64,000 nt of DNA from Tubulanus polymorphus (lineage: Eukaryota > Animalia > Nemertea). Every line of letters starts with the position of its first letter. The first letter of the stretch is position 1. Below, in pieces: positions 52,970 to 64,000 of this stretch. The translations under genes and the position numbers were made by a program. Location: contig NC_134025.1 in the NCBI RefSeq assembly GCF_964204645.1, forward strand, positions 9,734,001 to 9,798,000, read 5' to 3'. A model generated the notes under the pieces. That model saw nothing but the letters and a program-made list of their open reading frames with translations, was not told the origin of the DNA and searched no databases.

Positions 52970-53937
52970 AACAAGAGCCCCAAGGGGCACAATGGCCAGC
53001 CTGTCAGATTTGCTTTTTATAAATGATGTAATCTGTTGGTTATATTTATCAATATACACTCCCTGCTCAATATCATTTACATAGTAAAATCGTGTGTTAA
53101 CACAGACAGCAGGAACGAATGTAATATAGAAATACGAAGTTATTGTATTGTTCAACGCCCCCTGGTGGCCATATACAAAAACCAATGAGCTTGAAACTCA
53201 CCAAGATCATAGACCATGTCATGAGCTACAACTTTCCAATTGATTGTGGTAGCAAAATATGCATAGGTACGAATGTAATATAGAAATACTAAGTTATTGT
53301 ATTGTTCAACGCCCCCTGGTGGCCATAAACAAAAACCAATGAGCTTGAAACTCACCTCGATCATAGAACGTCATGAGCTACAACTTTCCAATTAATTATA
53401 GTAGCAAAATATGCTTAAGTATCAATTATGATGTGGAAAAACTTTTTTCCACCTACGAATGAGTACTGATGACTCCAAGATGGCCGCCAAGTGCGTCGTA
53501 ATTGCCTGGTCAAAAATACCCTCTCGGATATAAAAGATCCCTTTCCAAAGAATACCCATTACAAATTGCAATGAAACATGGCACACCATTAGAAAGCTAC
53601 AGTACTCAGAATTCAGGCCAAAATTGACATTTTTGGGAACAAAAAAGGTCACAGTACAGCCATCTTGAGTCCGATCGACCCAATTTTTCTCATGCCGATG
53701 GGCCCACGGGGGAAACAAATATATACGAATGATCAAGGTTATTGATAAAAGTGTCTTCAAAATTTCCCTCGAAAACTTCAAAAATGTGTAAAAAGTGCTG
53801 ATTTTGGCGAACAACAATGGCTGCCAGTCGGCCATCTTGAATCTGACAGGGCCAGTTTTTGGCCTGAAGATGTGTCTAGGGTAGATACACGTATAAACCA
53901 AATATCAAGACATTACCTTGAAGCCTCTTCAAAACTT
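52970..53937 (+). mobile_element. HINE (Helentron-associated)-like element, 3'-truncated, 2 x 154-bp repeats
   Basis: Starts acaagagccccaaggggcac; 53110-53937 is colinear with ~59010-59835. Confidence 0.75.
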
Positions 53938-54050
53938 TGGAACTCTCACGAACTATCTAGATGGTTATCTCTCGACCTCAATAGCTTCAAGACCCATCTC
54001 AAAACAACTTTGTTCCATGCAGCATACCATTAACTCTCGGAAAGCGAATT
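53938..54050 (+). mobile_element. L2/CR1-type LINE 3' end fragment
   Basis: WNS...SFKTHLKTTLFHAAYH* resembles an L2-clade ORF2 C-terminus. Confidence 0.55.
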
Positions 54051-55578
54051 GTATTTAACATTTTTTTGGCAGAATAAAATTTGATTGAATTTGCAATATG
54101 GGCACATGGCTAATTAGCATATCAAGGTCATACACCCGATTTGGTAAAACCATTTTTTTCGCGAACCTTGCGCAATTGTCAAGGATGAATTTTCTGTAGA
54201 GCAAATAAAAATTCCTCCCAAACACCAAATCAACTAAAGATTTCATAGAAATCGATCTTGAAATACAATTTTAAATCTTAAAATAAAACCCGGAAGTAAA
54301 ACAGTAGACGATACCGCGGGTTCACGTGAACACCTGATTTCTGTAAACGAAATGTTGGTTGTGACAAAATTGTTCAGACGGTTTTAGGTGGTAATAAGTA
54401 CGGAAACGTAACGACCATGGTCGACTTATTCGATGAAATCAGGCCTATGTGATATCCAAATTTTGACTTTTTTATTCTCCAGACCTCCCTGATATAGAAA
54501 TAAAAAATTTTGGTGGTACGAAAGTGCAATCACAGCGCCGACGGGGACAGACCCGTGTCAGAGATCGGCGGAATGAAAATTGAGGTGGACGAACACGAAG
54601 AAGTAGGCTATTGCGCTACTTGAATCACGAAAACTCCTGGCGCGGCCCCGACGCTTTTCGTGGATTAAGTAATACAAATATCATGCAATGGGTTTTCACA
54701 ATCTACCGCTGGTATTTACCGGATTTCAATATCACTCCAAAATTCAAAGAAACCTCGAAATATCGAACCGGAACACTTCCGGTAGATATCCGCGGCTGCC
54801 CAACCGGGAAACTTATTTGTTTCAATAGATATTGATAGGATCCATCATCTTCACGCGTCAAGGGATTCAAACCCACTAAGCTAAAGCCATGCCAGAATCG
54901 GGTCGGGCCAATCACAGCGCTTGTAACAAACCACATTAGGCTTCTGTGGAATTTCCCAGTAAATGGGCCAATCAGCGAACACGTAGCGAACGCGGAAGTA
55001 TTGTCGCGTGTTGATACATGACGTCATGCGCAAAAGCGCCAGTAATGAAATCGCGATAATTCACGTGAACAGCTGCTGATATTTTCAGATAAACCAATCA
55101 CAGGGAAGACACAACTTCCTGATTGGCTGATAAAAATTGAAATTTTCCCGATTTAACTTTCGTGAAAAATGCAGAAAACATTTTTATGAGACCCTATTTC
55201 AAAATTCTGCTCGCTACGATTCCGAGAATGGATTACGCTTAAATACGTGATTTGTTCGAATATGCCCTCACTTGACAAGCAAAAGAGCCTTTTGTGTGGA
55301 AACCATGTCATTTAAATTTGCTCCATTTGTATAGTAATAGGCTCAGCCTACGGCTGGCCTTAAAACCACCGCTCAAACGCAAGGTAAGAGGGAAAAAGAG
55401 AGCACTTACCCAAGCACGGAATGGAGCACTGTAGCACAGGGAAGACCGGTTGGCCACAGTGAGTCCGTCCAGCTCAGGGGCCCCCCCAGAATTTTGCGAA
55501 ATTAATACTTGCAGATATGAGCCCAAACTATGTACAAGGATACACCCCCTGTGATCCTGATAATGCAACATAAATATT

Positions 55579-55983
55579 CTACACTAAAGGGTCCGATCGG
55601 AAAGAACGGACACCTTGAGCCATGACAACAGGACTAAGTGAAGCTAATGAGCCTAACTGGCCTGAAACATCCCGTAAATAAAATGACGTGAATGTCGACG
55701 GTGAATTCCAAAAGGCGGCCCGACAGACTTCCTCCAACGGAGCACCCGAAAAGGCTGCGCAGGAAGTAGCCATAGACCTCACTTGATGAGAAACGACTGC
55801 CTCCGAGGAAAGATTCTCCTTCAATAAAATGTCCTTGATCATTGAAGAGACCCATCGGGCTACTGTGTCCCGCGAAATATCCCCCTTTAGGTGATCCAGC
55901 AGCGGAATAAATAACCGCTCCCGTGAACCCCTCCGTGAAGCAGAGCGATCTAAATAGAAACACAACGCCCGCACAGGACATGT
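55579..55983 (-). pseudogene. DIRS tyrosine recombinase, C-terminal half
   Basis: CPVRAL, SHQVRSMATS (H-x-x-R), AAFWNSPSTFTSFY (W and catalytic Y). Confidence 0.9.
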
Positions 55984-55997
55984 CCTCTTTGGAGACG

Positions 55998-57135
55998 GCC
56001 GAATTCGCGACAATTAACCAGTCGTCGAGGTAAACGAACAGTCAAACACCCCTTGACTGAAGTACCTTCTGAACTGACTTGACCAACTTGGTGAAAACCC
56101 ACGGGGCCGTACTGAGGCCAAATGGAAGAGACCTGAATTGGAACTGGCGGCCTTTCCACTTTATCCTGAGAAATCGCCGAGATTTTGGGTGAATTGGAAC
56201 CTGAAAGTAAGCATCTTTCAGGTCCAATGAAGCCGCCCATTGACCCGGACGGAGCCCTTGAATCACGTCCTTGGGCTTGGTAATCCGGAACCTTGGAATG
56301 TCTAGGTGCCGATTGAGGGATGACAGATCTATCACTGTCCGTTGACCCCCTGTGGCCTTTGGTACCATGAATATTCGAGAAAACCAGCCGGGAGAAGTTT
56401 CGTTGCAAACTGGTTCTATCGCTCCCTTCTCTGCCAGTTCCTTGGAGCTTTTTGGCTCCAAAAAGGGGCTCTTCCTTTCGGAAAAACTCGAAATGAATTC
56501 TTGGGACCAGTGGGAGGTTGTCTGCAGCAGGCAGCAACCCACTGGTCCGACCTCTTTGGAGACGGTTGGCCCTCCCGGGTCGTCTCTCGTGGCTACCGTC
56601 TCCGTTTCCTAAGGCGACCGCGCCTGATGAGGTCACCTCCCGACATGCGGCCAAAACCAGGTCAGGAGGCCTTAATCTCTCCGGCTCTCAAGGAACTGGC
56701 AGAGAAGGGAGCGATAGAACCAGTTTGCAACGAAACTTCTCCCGGCTGGTTTTCTCGAATATTCATGGTACCAAAGGCCACAGGGGGTCAACGGACAGTG
56801 ATAGATCTGTCATCCCTCAATCGGCACCTAGACATTCCAAGGTTCCGGATTACCAAGCCCAAGGACGTGATTCAAGGGCTCCGTCCGGGTCAATGGGCGG
56901 CTTCATTGGACCTGAAAGATGCTTACTTTCAGGTTCCAATTCACCCAAAATCTCGGCGATTTCTCAGGATAAAGTGGAAAGGCCGCCAGTTTCAATTCAG
57001 GTCTCTTCCATTTGGCCTCAGTACGGCCCCGTGGGTTTTCACCAAGTTGGTCAAGTCAGTTCAGAAGGTACTTCAGTCAAGGGGTGTTTGACTGTTCGTT
57101 TACCTCGACGACTGGTTAATTGTCGCGAATTCGGC
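55998..57135. repeat. 447-bp inverted duplication of RT (55998-56444 / 56689-57135)
   Basis: Arms are reverse complements with one mismatch seen; 244-bp spacer. Confidence 0.92.
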
Positions 57136-58231
57136 TCAGGAATGTCGGGAGGCAATGACCTCAGTCTTGGACTTAGTCCATCAGCAAGGGTTCCGCGTAA
57201 ACAGGGAAAAATCTCAGTTGACGCCGGCCCAACAGTTCACTTATCTCAGCATGGACTTAGATCTCCGAATCGGCAAAGTCTTTCCGTCTATGGTTCGAGT
57301 GGCCAGACTTCAAGAAGCTGTAGCGGGAGTGTCCACAACCCCGAGAACAGCTCGTTACTGGTCACGGCTTCTAGGCTCCATCAGCTCCATGGGTCTGGTG
57401 GTGCCCTTAGGCCGCCTCAGAAGCAGGCGCTTGCAACAATATTGGAAGGTCTTCTGGTCTCAGTCGAAGGGCAACTGGGAGGCCTTGATTCCCGTACCTC
57501 CAACCGATCTAAGTCCTGATCTTCAGTGGTGGGCGGCCACTACGAATCTTCGGCTCGGGGTGTCACTAGCCCCGTTAGAGGCTCCAGTTCGTGTATTCAC
57601 GGATGCCAGTCACCAAGGATGGGGGGCACATCTGGAGAACCGAGTCAAAGCCGGGAAATGGTCTCGCTACGAGGCCACCAACCACATAAATTTCCTAGAA
57701 ATGCTGGCCGTGTGGAAGGCCCTGAAGTTCTTTTACAGGAGAGTGGAGGGCCACCACGTTTGGTTAGCCACAGACAATTCAATTTGGTGCCAGACAAAGG
57801 GCGTGTCCCTGACGGTGGCACATTTAGCAGGGAAAAGGAACGTGATGGCCGATGCTCTGTCTCGTCGAGGTCAGGCTATTGCGACAGAATGGGTTCTCCA
57901 CCAAGAAGTAGCCGATCGGGTTCGGGGCATTTTTGGCAATCCGCTGCTGGATCTGTTTGCCACCCGGTTCAATCGGAGGTGTCCTCTGTTTGTGTCCCCG
58001 TTTCTAGACGCGGAAGCGTGGGGGGTCGATGCCTTCTCTCTGGACTGGTCGGGGATGCATGCGTATGCGTTCCCGCCCACACCAGTCCTGCCGCGCTTAC
58101 TGGATCAAATAGAGAGATCAGTCAATTGCAACATAGTTCTGGTAGCACCATGTTGGCCGGCTCAGAAATGGTTCCTACCACTTCTCAACCTACTGTGCGA
58201 CAACCCCAGGATTCTTCCGAATTTCCATTAA
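56500..58231 (+). pseudogene. DIRS pol: RT-RNase H-methyltransferase, inverted relative to its element
   Basis: PVGG start, LDLKDAY, in-frame TGA at 57089-57091 before YLDDWL, FTDAS..GWG, HINFLEMLAV, deletion after TDNS, NVMADALSR, DLFA, YAFPP. Confidence 0.9.
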
Positions 58232-58665
58232 GAGCCTTATCGGCACATGAATCGTGGTTGTCCCAGGCGCCAAACAAATGCCCGCATCCCTCCCCGCCAC
58301 GATGCTGACCCTTAGGAGGGGGTGGCATAATTATCCTGTTACAAATCAAAACAATTCAATTCAATCAAATTATATTTGTAAATAAAATTCTTACAGAAAA
58401 AAAGAAACCAGGGATAACCCCCAAACCGAACGGACTCACCGTTATGAGAGTGAAAACTCCCTAATATCCTAATTCCCAGATTTTTACGGCGAAAAAATCC
58501 AACGCGTTCTACTGCGAGAACGCCAAGAAAAAAGATGGCGGATTTCGCCGTCGGCTAAATGCAATACCGCAGGGCCGGGTCGTATAGAAAAACCATTGGC
58601 GATAAATCCAAATTTAGAAAATATTGGCAAAAACCATAGGAAAGGGTATAGTACTCGACGGAAAT

Positions 58666-59921
58666 ACTAGGGGTCCAGGGACACCATGCCCACTTGGGAA
58701 GTGGTTCCAAATGCTCAACAATCTAACTATTTCAATATTCAACGCCCCCTGGTGACCATATACAGAATCCAATGACCTTGAAACTCACCACAATCATAGA
58801 ACATGTCAGCAGCTACGATTTTGTAATTGATTGTGATAACAAAATATGCCTCGTTACCACTATTATATGGAAATACTAAGTTATTCTACTATTCAACGCC
58901 CCCTGGTGACCATATTCAAAACCCAATGACCTTGAAAACTCACCACAATCATAGAACATGTCACGAACTATAACTTTGTAATTGATCATGGTAACAAAAT
59001 ATGCCTAGGTACCAATATAATAAGGAAATAATAAGTTATTCTACTATTCAACGCCCCCTGGTGACCATATAGAATAACTAATGGCCTTAAAACTTGCCAC
59101 AATCATAGATGATGTCATGAGCTACAACTTTGCAATTGATTGTGGTTACAAAATATGCATTGATACGAATGTAATATAGAAATACTAAGATATTGTATTA
59201 TTCAACGCCCCCTGGTGGCCATATACAAAAACCAATGACCTTGAAACTCACCACAATCATAGAACACGTTATGAGCTACAACTTTCTAATTGATTGTGGT
59301 AACAAAATACGCTTAGGTATCAATACAATGTAGAAAAACTTTTTCCCACTTACGAACGAGTACTGCTGACACCAAGATGGCCGCCAATTGCGTCATAATT
59401 GGCTGATGAAAAATACCTGTCTCAGGTGTAAAACATCCCTTTCCAAAGAATACCCATCACAAATTGCAATGAGAAATGATAAACCAGTAGGAAGCTACAG
59501 GACTCAGAATTCGGGCCAAAATTAACATTTTTGGGCACTAAAAAGGTCATAGGACGGTCATCTTGAGTCCGATCGACCCAATTTTTGTTATGCTGGTGGG
59601 CCCTGGGGGAATTCACATATATCCGAAAGATCAAGGTAATTGATCAAATCGTCTTCAAAATTTCCCTCAAAAAGTTCAAAAATGTGTAAAAAGTGCTGAT
59701 TTTGGCGAACAACAATGGCTGCCAGTCGGCCATCTTGAATCTGACAGGGCCAGTTTTTGGGCTGAAGATGTGTCTAGGGTAGATACATGTGTAACCAAAA
59801 TATCAAGACATTACCTTGAAGCGTCTTCAAAACTTCCCAAAATAACTGGATTCCGTCTACGGACGACGGACGAAAAGTGAACGCAATAGCCCGCTGGGAC
59901 TAAAGTCCCAAGTGGGCTAAA
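58666..59921 (+). mobile_element. Complete HINE (Helentron-associated)-like element with 4 x ~154-bp central repeats
   Basis: Subterminal IR gcccacttggg / cccaagtgggc, (ggacg)-type microsatellite, 3' hairpin agcccgctgggact-aa-agtcccaagtgggct then aaaa; repeat anchors at 58738, 58892, 59047, 59201. Confidence 0.82.
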
Positions 59922-61648
59922 AACGAGACCTCTGAATTTATACGACTTGTCTGTTTATCCGACTTTTGCGGATCCGACTTATGCGAGGTTTACTGTATAT
60001 CTATTTAAACATAAAATGATAAATAAAGTTTTTAACAGATAAATCACCACAAATTACACCAATAAATTCAAATAAAACTCACCACGTCTGACTTGTGTTT
60101 GATTTGTAGAACGCAATGTTTTCTGTTTGCAGATTTGCTGATATTCAGTTTCATTTTGGCCACTAAAGTAGAAAAGTTGCATAATTTTGCCGGTACTTTC
60201 TTCAAATGAGAGGATCTAAATCAATGTCCATCATTTACAAATCTTCAGTGAATTCCTAGAGTTTACTGTACACAAATTCTGTCAAAGGTTCCGCTTATTG
60301 GCCCCTAAAATACAAATGCATAAATGCTATAAATTGTCAGTTAAGCTGTTATGAAATGAGTGCCGTTTCAGATTGAAGCTCACCAGCTTTCATCTCACTT
60401 ATTTGCAGAATTATCAGGATGCATGTGAGGATGATCTAGCAATATGTTCAAGTTAAACTTTCAACCGGGTCTTACGAGCTGTAAATTCTGGTGTGGATTT
60501 TATTCTGTGAGAAATTGATAATAGTGAAATTAAGAAACATCACATATGTGTCGGCTTTTCTGAAAATTACTATTTTTCTTACCCGTTTTCATTATTGTAG
60601 CAAATAGTCCACGATTTTTCCCAAGGAAGAGATTTTGAGCAGCACTTCTTACAAAGCTTTTGAGAGAATGACACATAAAAATACTGTATAGAATAATATA
60701 TTGCCAGGTTATTATCAAATAAGAGCACAGTGGAGTGATGAAAAACCCAGATTATCGGATTAGTTTAGTTCCATTTTGACCATGCATACTATTTCCATTT
60801 CAATTCCAAGAGCCGTAATGTCATGAAGTTAAGAGCACTGATGATTTCCTGAAAAAATTAAGACATAGATGATTGAAGCATACTGTTTTTACCAAGCAAG
60901 AACCAGGTTGAATTATGCAGAGAAAATTACAAATATATAATACCACAAATAACTGCAATAAAATCGAAAACTCACCACTTCTGACTTCGAGTTTTTGCAG
61001 ATTTGCAATGGTTCACCTTCATTTTGGCCCCTAAAATACAAACGTCGTAGAGAAGCATACATTACATAAGTTGATATGAAATACAAGCAATTTCGAATCA
61101 TATCTCACCATTTTCCTCAACGTTTTTAAGCTAACAGTATTTGAGGTCAGCTGTTAGGCGCTAAAACCTCCATCGTTCTGTCCACTGTAAAAATATGTAT
61201 GAAAAACATAAGACGTTGATAATTTCAACTTCGATCAGGATTAAAATGATTGAAAACTTACCTCAAACTGTGTGACTCTGAAGAATGCTGTAGAGAAATT
61301 CATCATTAGCTTCGAACTTATCTTTTAGATAGTAGATTCTATTGCGTTTATTTCATTCTGAAAAGAAAAAGGAACAATAATAAATGACAAGTAACATCTC
61401 AAAGTTTTCAATCAATCAGATTATGTTCTTTCGATGTTCTTTCGTCACAATCAAATGTGTTCACAATTTTGCTGTAGATTTCGAACTGATTGAACAGTTA
61501 CAGATACGTGTTACATTGTGTGCAGATACAAAGTACAGATCACTACATTACTTCACCCTGTGATTGAACAGTGATTTGTTCTCTCATCTTCACAATTCCC
61601 ATCCGTCTAACTAAAACATCGTAACACTTCAACTTATCTAACCTCCAG

Positions 61649-61921
61649 TCCCAACCCTCCCAGACCCCATCCCTCCCCCCTCCCAGACCCTTCCCTCCCG
61701 CCCTCCCAGACCCCTTCCCTCCCGCCCTCCCAGACCCCTTCCCTCCCAACCTCCCAGACCCCTTCCCTCCCACCCTCCCAGACCCCTTCCCTCCCTCCCT
61801 ACCTCCCTCCCAGACCTAGCCTCCCTCAATGCCCACCCACCTAGCCTCCCTCAATGCCCTCCCATCAAGCCCTCCCTCAATGCCCACCCACCTAGCCTCC
61901 CTCAATGCCCTCCCACAAGCC
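61649..61921. repeat. Polypyrimidine minisatellites (24-bp ccctcccagaccccttccctccc.. then ~21-bp gcctccctcaatgccc..)
   Basis: Direct inspection; G-tracts on the minus strand. Confidence 0.9.
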
Positions 61922-62820
61922 TCAACTCTTTCGTCTCTCCCTATGAGGTCACTCATCTGTATAATACCTCAAAATAGATTTGCCATTTTTCACGATCATA
62001 TCAATTGAATTAACAAATAGAAATACTTAATCGATTGCATCATTCACAAGACTCAAATGATCAAATACCAAGTTCACAAACCAATCATAATGTTAAAAAT
62101 CACAGGGCCTCATTGTTATAGATGATTCCTTTATGTTCACATAATTATCAATTGAGGAATTCATTAAAATTATCCCTTTCTATTTTTTCTTAGCCACAAC
62201 TAATAATCATATGTGACCATAATCCGCTGACATTATGTTGTGGATTGTTCATATCAATTTAAGTTTCACAGCATGTTGCTGTAAATAGATTTCATTTGTC
62301 AAATGGAATGAGTTTCAGTTAGGTGTTTCAAAACATTTTTTCAAGGGAGGGAGGTATGGAGGGTTCACCAGAACCAGACCAAACCACTACTCACAATCGT
62401 GTGAGGAGGGCAAAACACAAACCAAGGACAAGAATGATGGCCGATTCGGATAGATCAAAAATTAACAAGGCTATTCATGTTGCTTCACGAATTCTTCATT
62501 CTCATTATGAAACAATCGTCGACCAATGACAGTTGATAGTCAGATTAGACATTTCTATACTCTCTACTATTACTACTGCAAAAGGCTTTTAATGAGCAAG
62601 TTGTTTTATGGAATCCTATTCATAACATTTACCAATCAAGGCTTAACTACAGATATCGATATGTTATAAAATAGATAATAAACAATCTGTTTCATTATCT
62701 TTTTAAGTTACACTTGAACCCAGTGGAACGAATAAAACTCCAGCCATATTTCATCATTTACCATTTGCCATTTTTCCTTTTTTCTTTTTCACTGTTTTTT
62801 GTTTCAGCACACAGAATTAT

Positions 62821-63016
62821 TTTGAGTTGAGGTAGGAATAGACCCCTGCCCGCCCTCTAAGCGTGCAGGACACTAAACCTTTGAATTGCTCTCAGACCCC
62901 ACTCTTTATATTCTTCTCTGTGTTTTTGAGTCGAGGTAGGAATAGACCCCTGCCGGCCATCTAGGCCAGCAGGACAATAAACCTTCGAATTGCTCTCAGA
63001 CCTCACTCTTTATATA
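62821..63016. repeat. Tandem duplication, ~104-bp unit x2
   Basis: tttgagtYgaggtaggaatagacccctgcc...gaattgctctcagaccYcactctttata occurs twice. Confidence 0.88.
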
Positions 63017-63407
63017 AGCATTTTATGCTGCTTTGCATTCGCTTCATTTTTTTCTTTTCATATGGCTTTTTTTATTGGCTTTTCTCATTTTATCATTTGT
63101 CTTCTTACTGGCACTAACACGTTCCAACTGGGATCAAGTTTATATGTCAAATTTATACATCTTGTAGAGACAAGCAGCAATGAATCAATGACAGAAACAT
63201 CTTTTTCTATTTAGAGAATCCCTCACAGCTGCCAATAAACCAGTGGCAGCAGTAGCACTGATATACAATATTGTATACAGATGATTCTTACATTATCAAC
63301 GTCATTAATTCCACGTAAATCATTTCATTCTCAAATAGAATCGTGAAGACAACATAAATAACTTGTTCTTATAGACTTTATAGCTTTATAGCTTTAGACA
63401 TTCATTC

Positions 63408-63648
63408 ATGGCCTTGGTTTGGTGACCAAAGAGTCAATGTTTGGTTTTGCGGCCCTGGTTTGGTGACCAAAGAGTCAACATTTGGTTCACAACACTGGTT
63501 TTGTGACCAAAAATTCAGTCTGGTTCACCGCCCTTATTTGGTGACGAAAGAGTCAAAATTTGGCCCATGGTTCTGATTTGGTGACTGCAGAGGAAAAATT
63601 TAGCTCATGGCTTTGGTTTGATAACAAGAGAATAAATTTGGCTCATTG
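63408..63648. repeat. Degenerate ~40-bp minisatellite, ~6 units
   Basis: tggtttggtgaccaaagagtcaa..tttggttca recurring. Confidence 0.85.
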
Positions 63649-64000
63649 CCCTCACTGAAAGGGCCAGGTTTGATATGCATAGATGCAGAGTTTGATTCGT
63701 GGCCCTGGTTCAGTAACTGTACTAAGTTGGCACTAAACTTAGAATAACTCAGAATTGATTCATTACATGCGGAGCACTTTTTAGCCATTTAATGGTTACA
63801 AATACTAATACACATGATATGAAATTGAGCGTAGCATCGCAGGTTTTGAAAACTGACCCATTATTAGATTGATCAGACACGGTCACCCATATGATCACAT
63901 GTATAAAGCTTAAGCGGGCCGCACACAAGCATCAAAGCCGCCACAACAAGCATGCCGGCGTCAAAATCACCTAGTTCTTGGGCAATTTTCAGGCATTTTT

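Larger units (their letters stand above)
52608..58665 (-). mobile_element. DIRS1-type retrotransposon copy B (rearranged, with insertions)
   Basis: Left ITR ~58530-58665; gag start MPPPPKGQ at 58328; inverted pol; recombinase C-terminus; ICR 52832-52931; right ITR plus extension 52608-52773. Confidence 0.92.
52229..59995. mobile_element. pogo/Tigger-like MITE expanded to 7.8 kb by nested insertions
   Basis: 25-bp TIRs cagtaaaccccgcataagtcggatc / gatccgacttatgcgaggtttactg (1 mismatch), TA on both sides; own sequence ~52229-52600 and ~59922-59995. Confidence 0.85.

Noticed and set aside
53422-53901. 159-aa ORF
   Set aside because: Antisense to the non-coding HINE body; the frame is not preserved in the second copy
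57940-58090. Adenine methyltransferase motifs as a bacterial R-M system or horizontal transfer
   Set aside because: This is the standard methyltransferase domain of DIRS1 pol
56518-58308. Long overlapping ORFs (333 aa, 260 aa) as novel genes
   Set aside because: Alternative frames of DIRS pol; overlapping frames leading toward the recombinase are normal in DIRS
58738-59360. Regularly spaced motif resembling a CRISPR array
   Set aside because: The 'spacers' are homologous to each other, there are no cas genes, and the context is eukaryotic; it is a TE-internal tandem repeat
61543-61829. Gly-rich repeat ORFs
   Set aside because: Translations of the 24-bp minisatellite
63408-63648. ~40-bp repeats as CRISPR or coding repeat
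   Set aside because: No unique spacers; unit lengths are not consistently multiples of 3

Overview
Eukaryotic, AT-rich invertebrate genomic DNA with short GT-AG introns; the repeat landscape suggests a lophotrochozoan (inference). 1-19.4 kb: the 3' part of a beta-heavy spectrin (karst/SPTBN5-type) gene with spectrin repeats, an SH3 domain and a PH domain, including one 2.5-kb exon and one GC-AG intron. 22.5-39.9 kb: eight intronless rhodopsin-class GPCR genes on the minus strand. Five form a ~2.26-kb tandem array, and one is interrupted in its N-terminal coding region by a non-autonomous IS3EU-like element. 40.5-43.2 kb: a five-exon secreted Cys-rich repeat peptide gene that the ORF track misses, plus an orphan paralogous exon. 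45-60 kb: nested transposon relics, namely LINE ends, a candidate HDV-like ribozyme, pogo/Tigger-like MITEs, two defective DIRS1-type retrotransposons (one with a 447-bp near-perfect inverted duplication of RT) and HINE-like elements carrying tandem CTCF-consensus motifs. 60-64 kb: degenerate exon-like relics and minisatellites.
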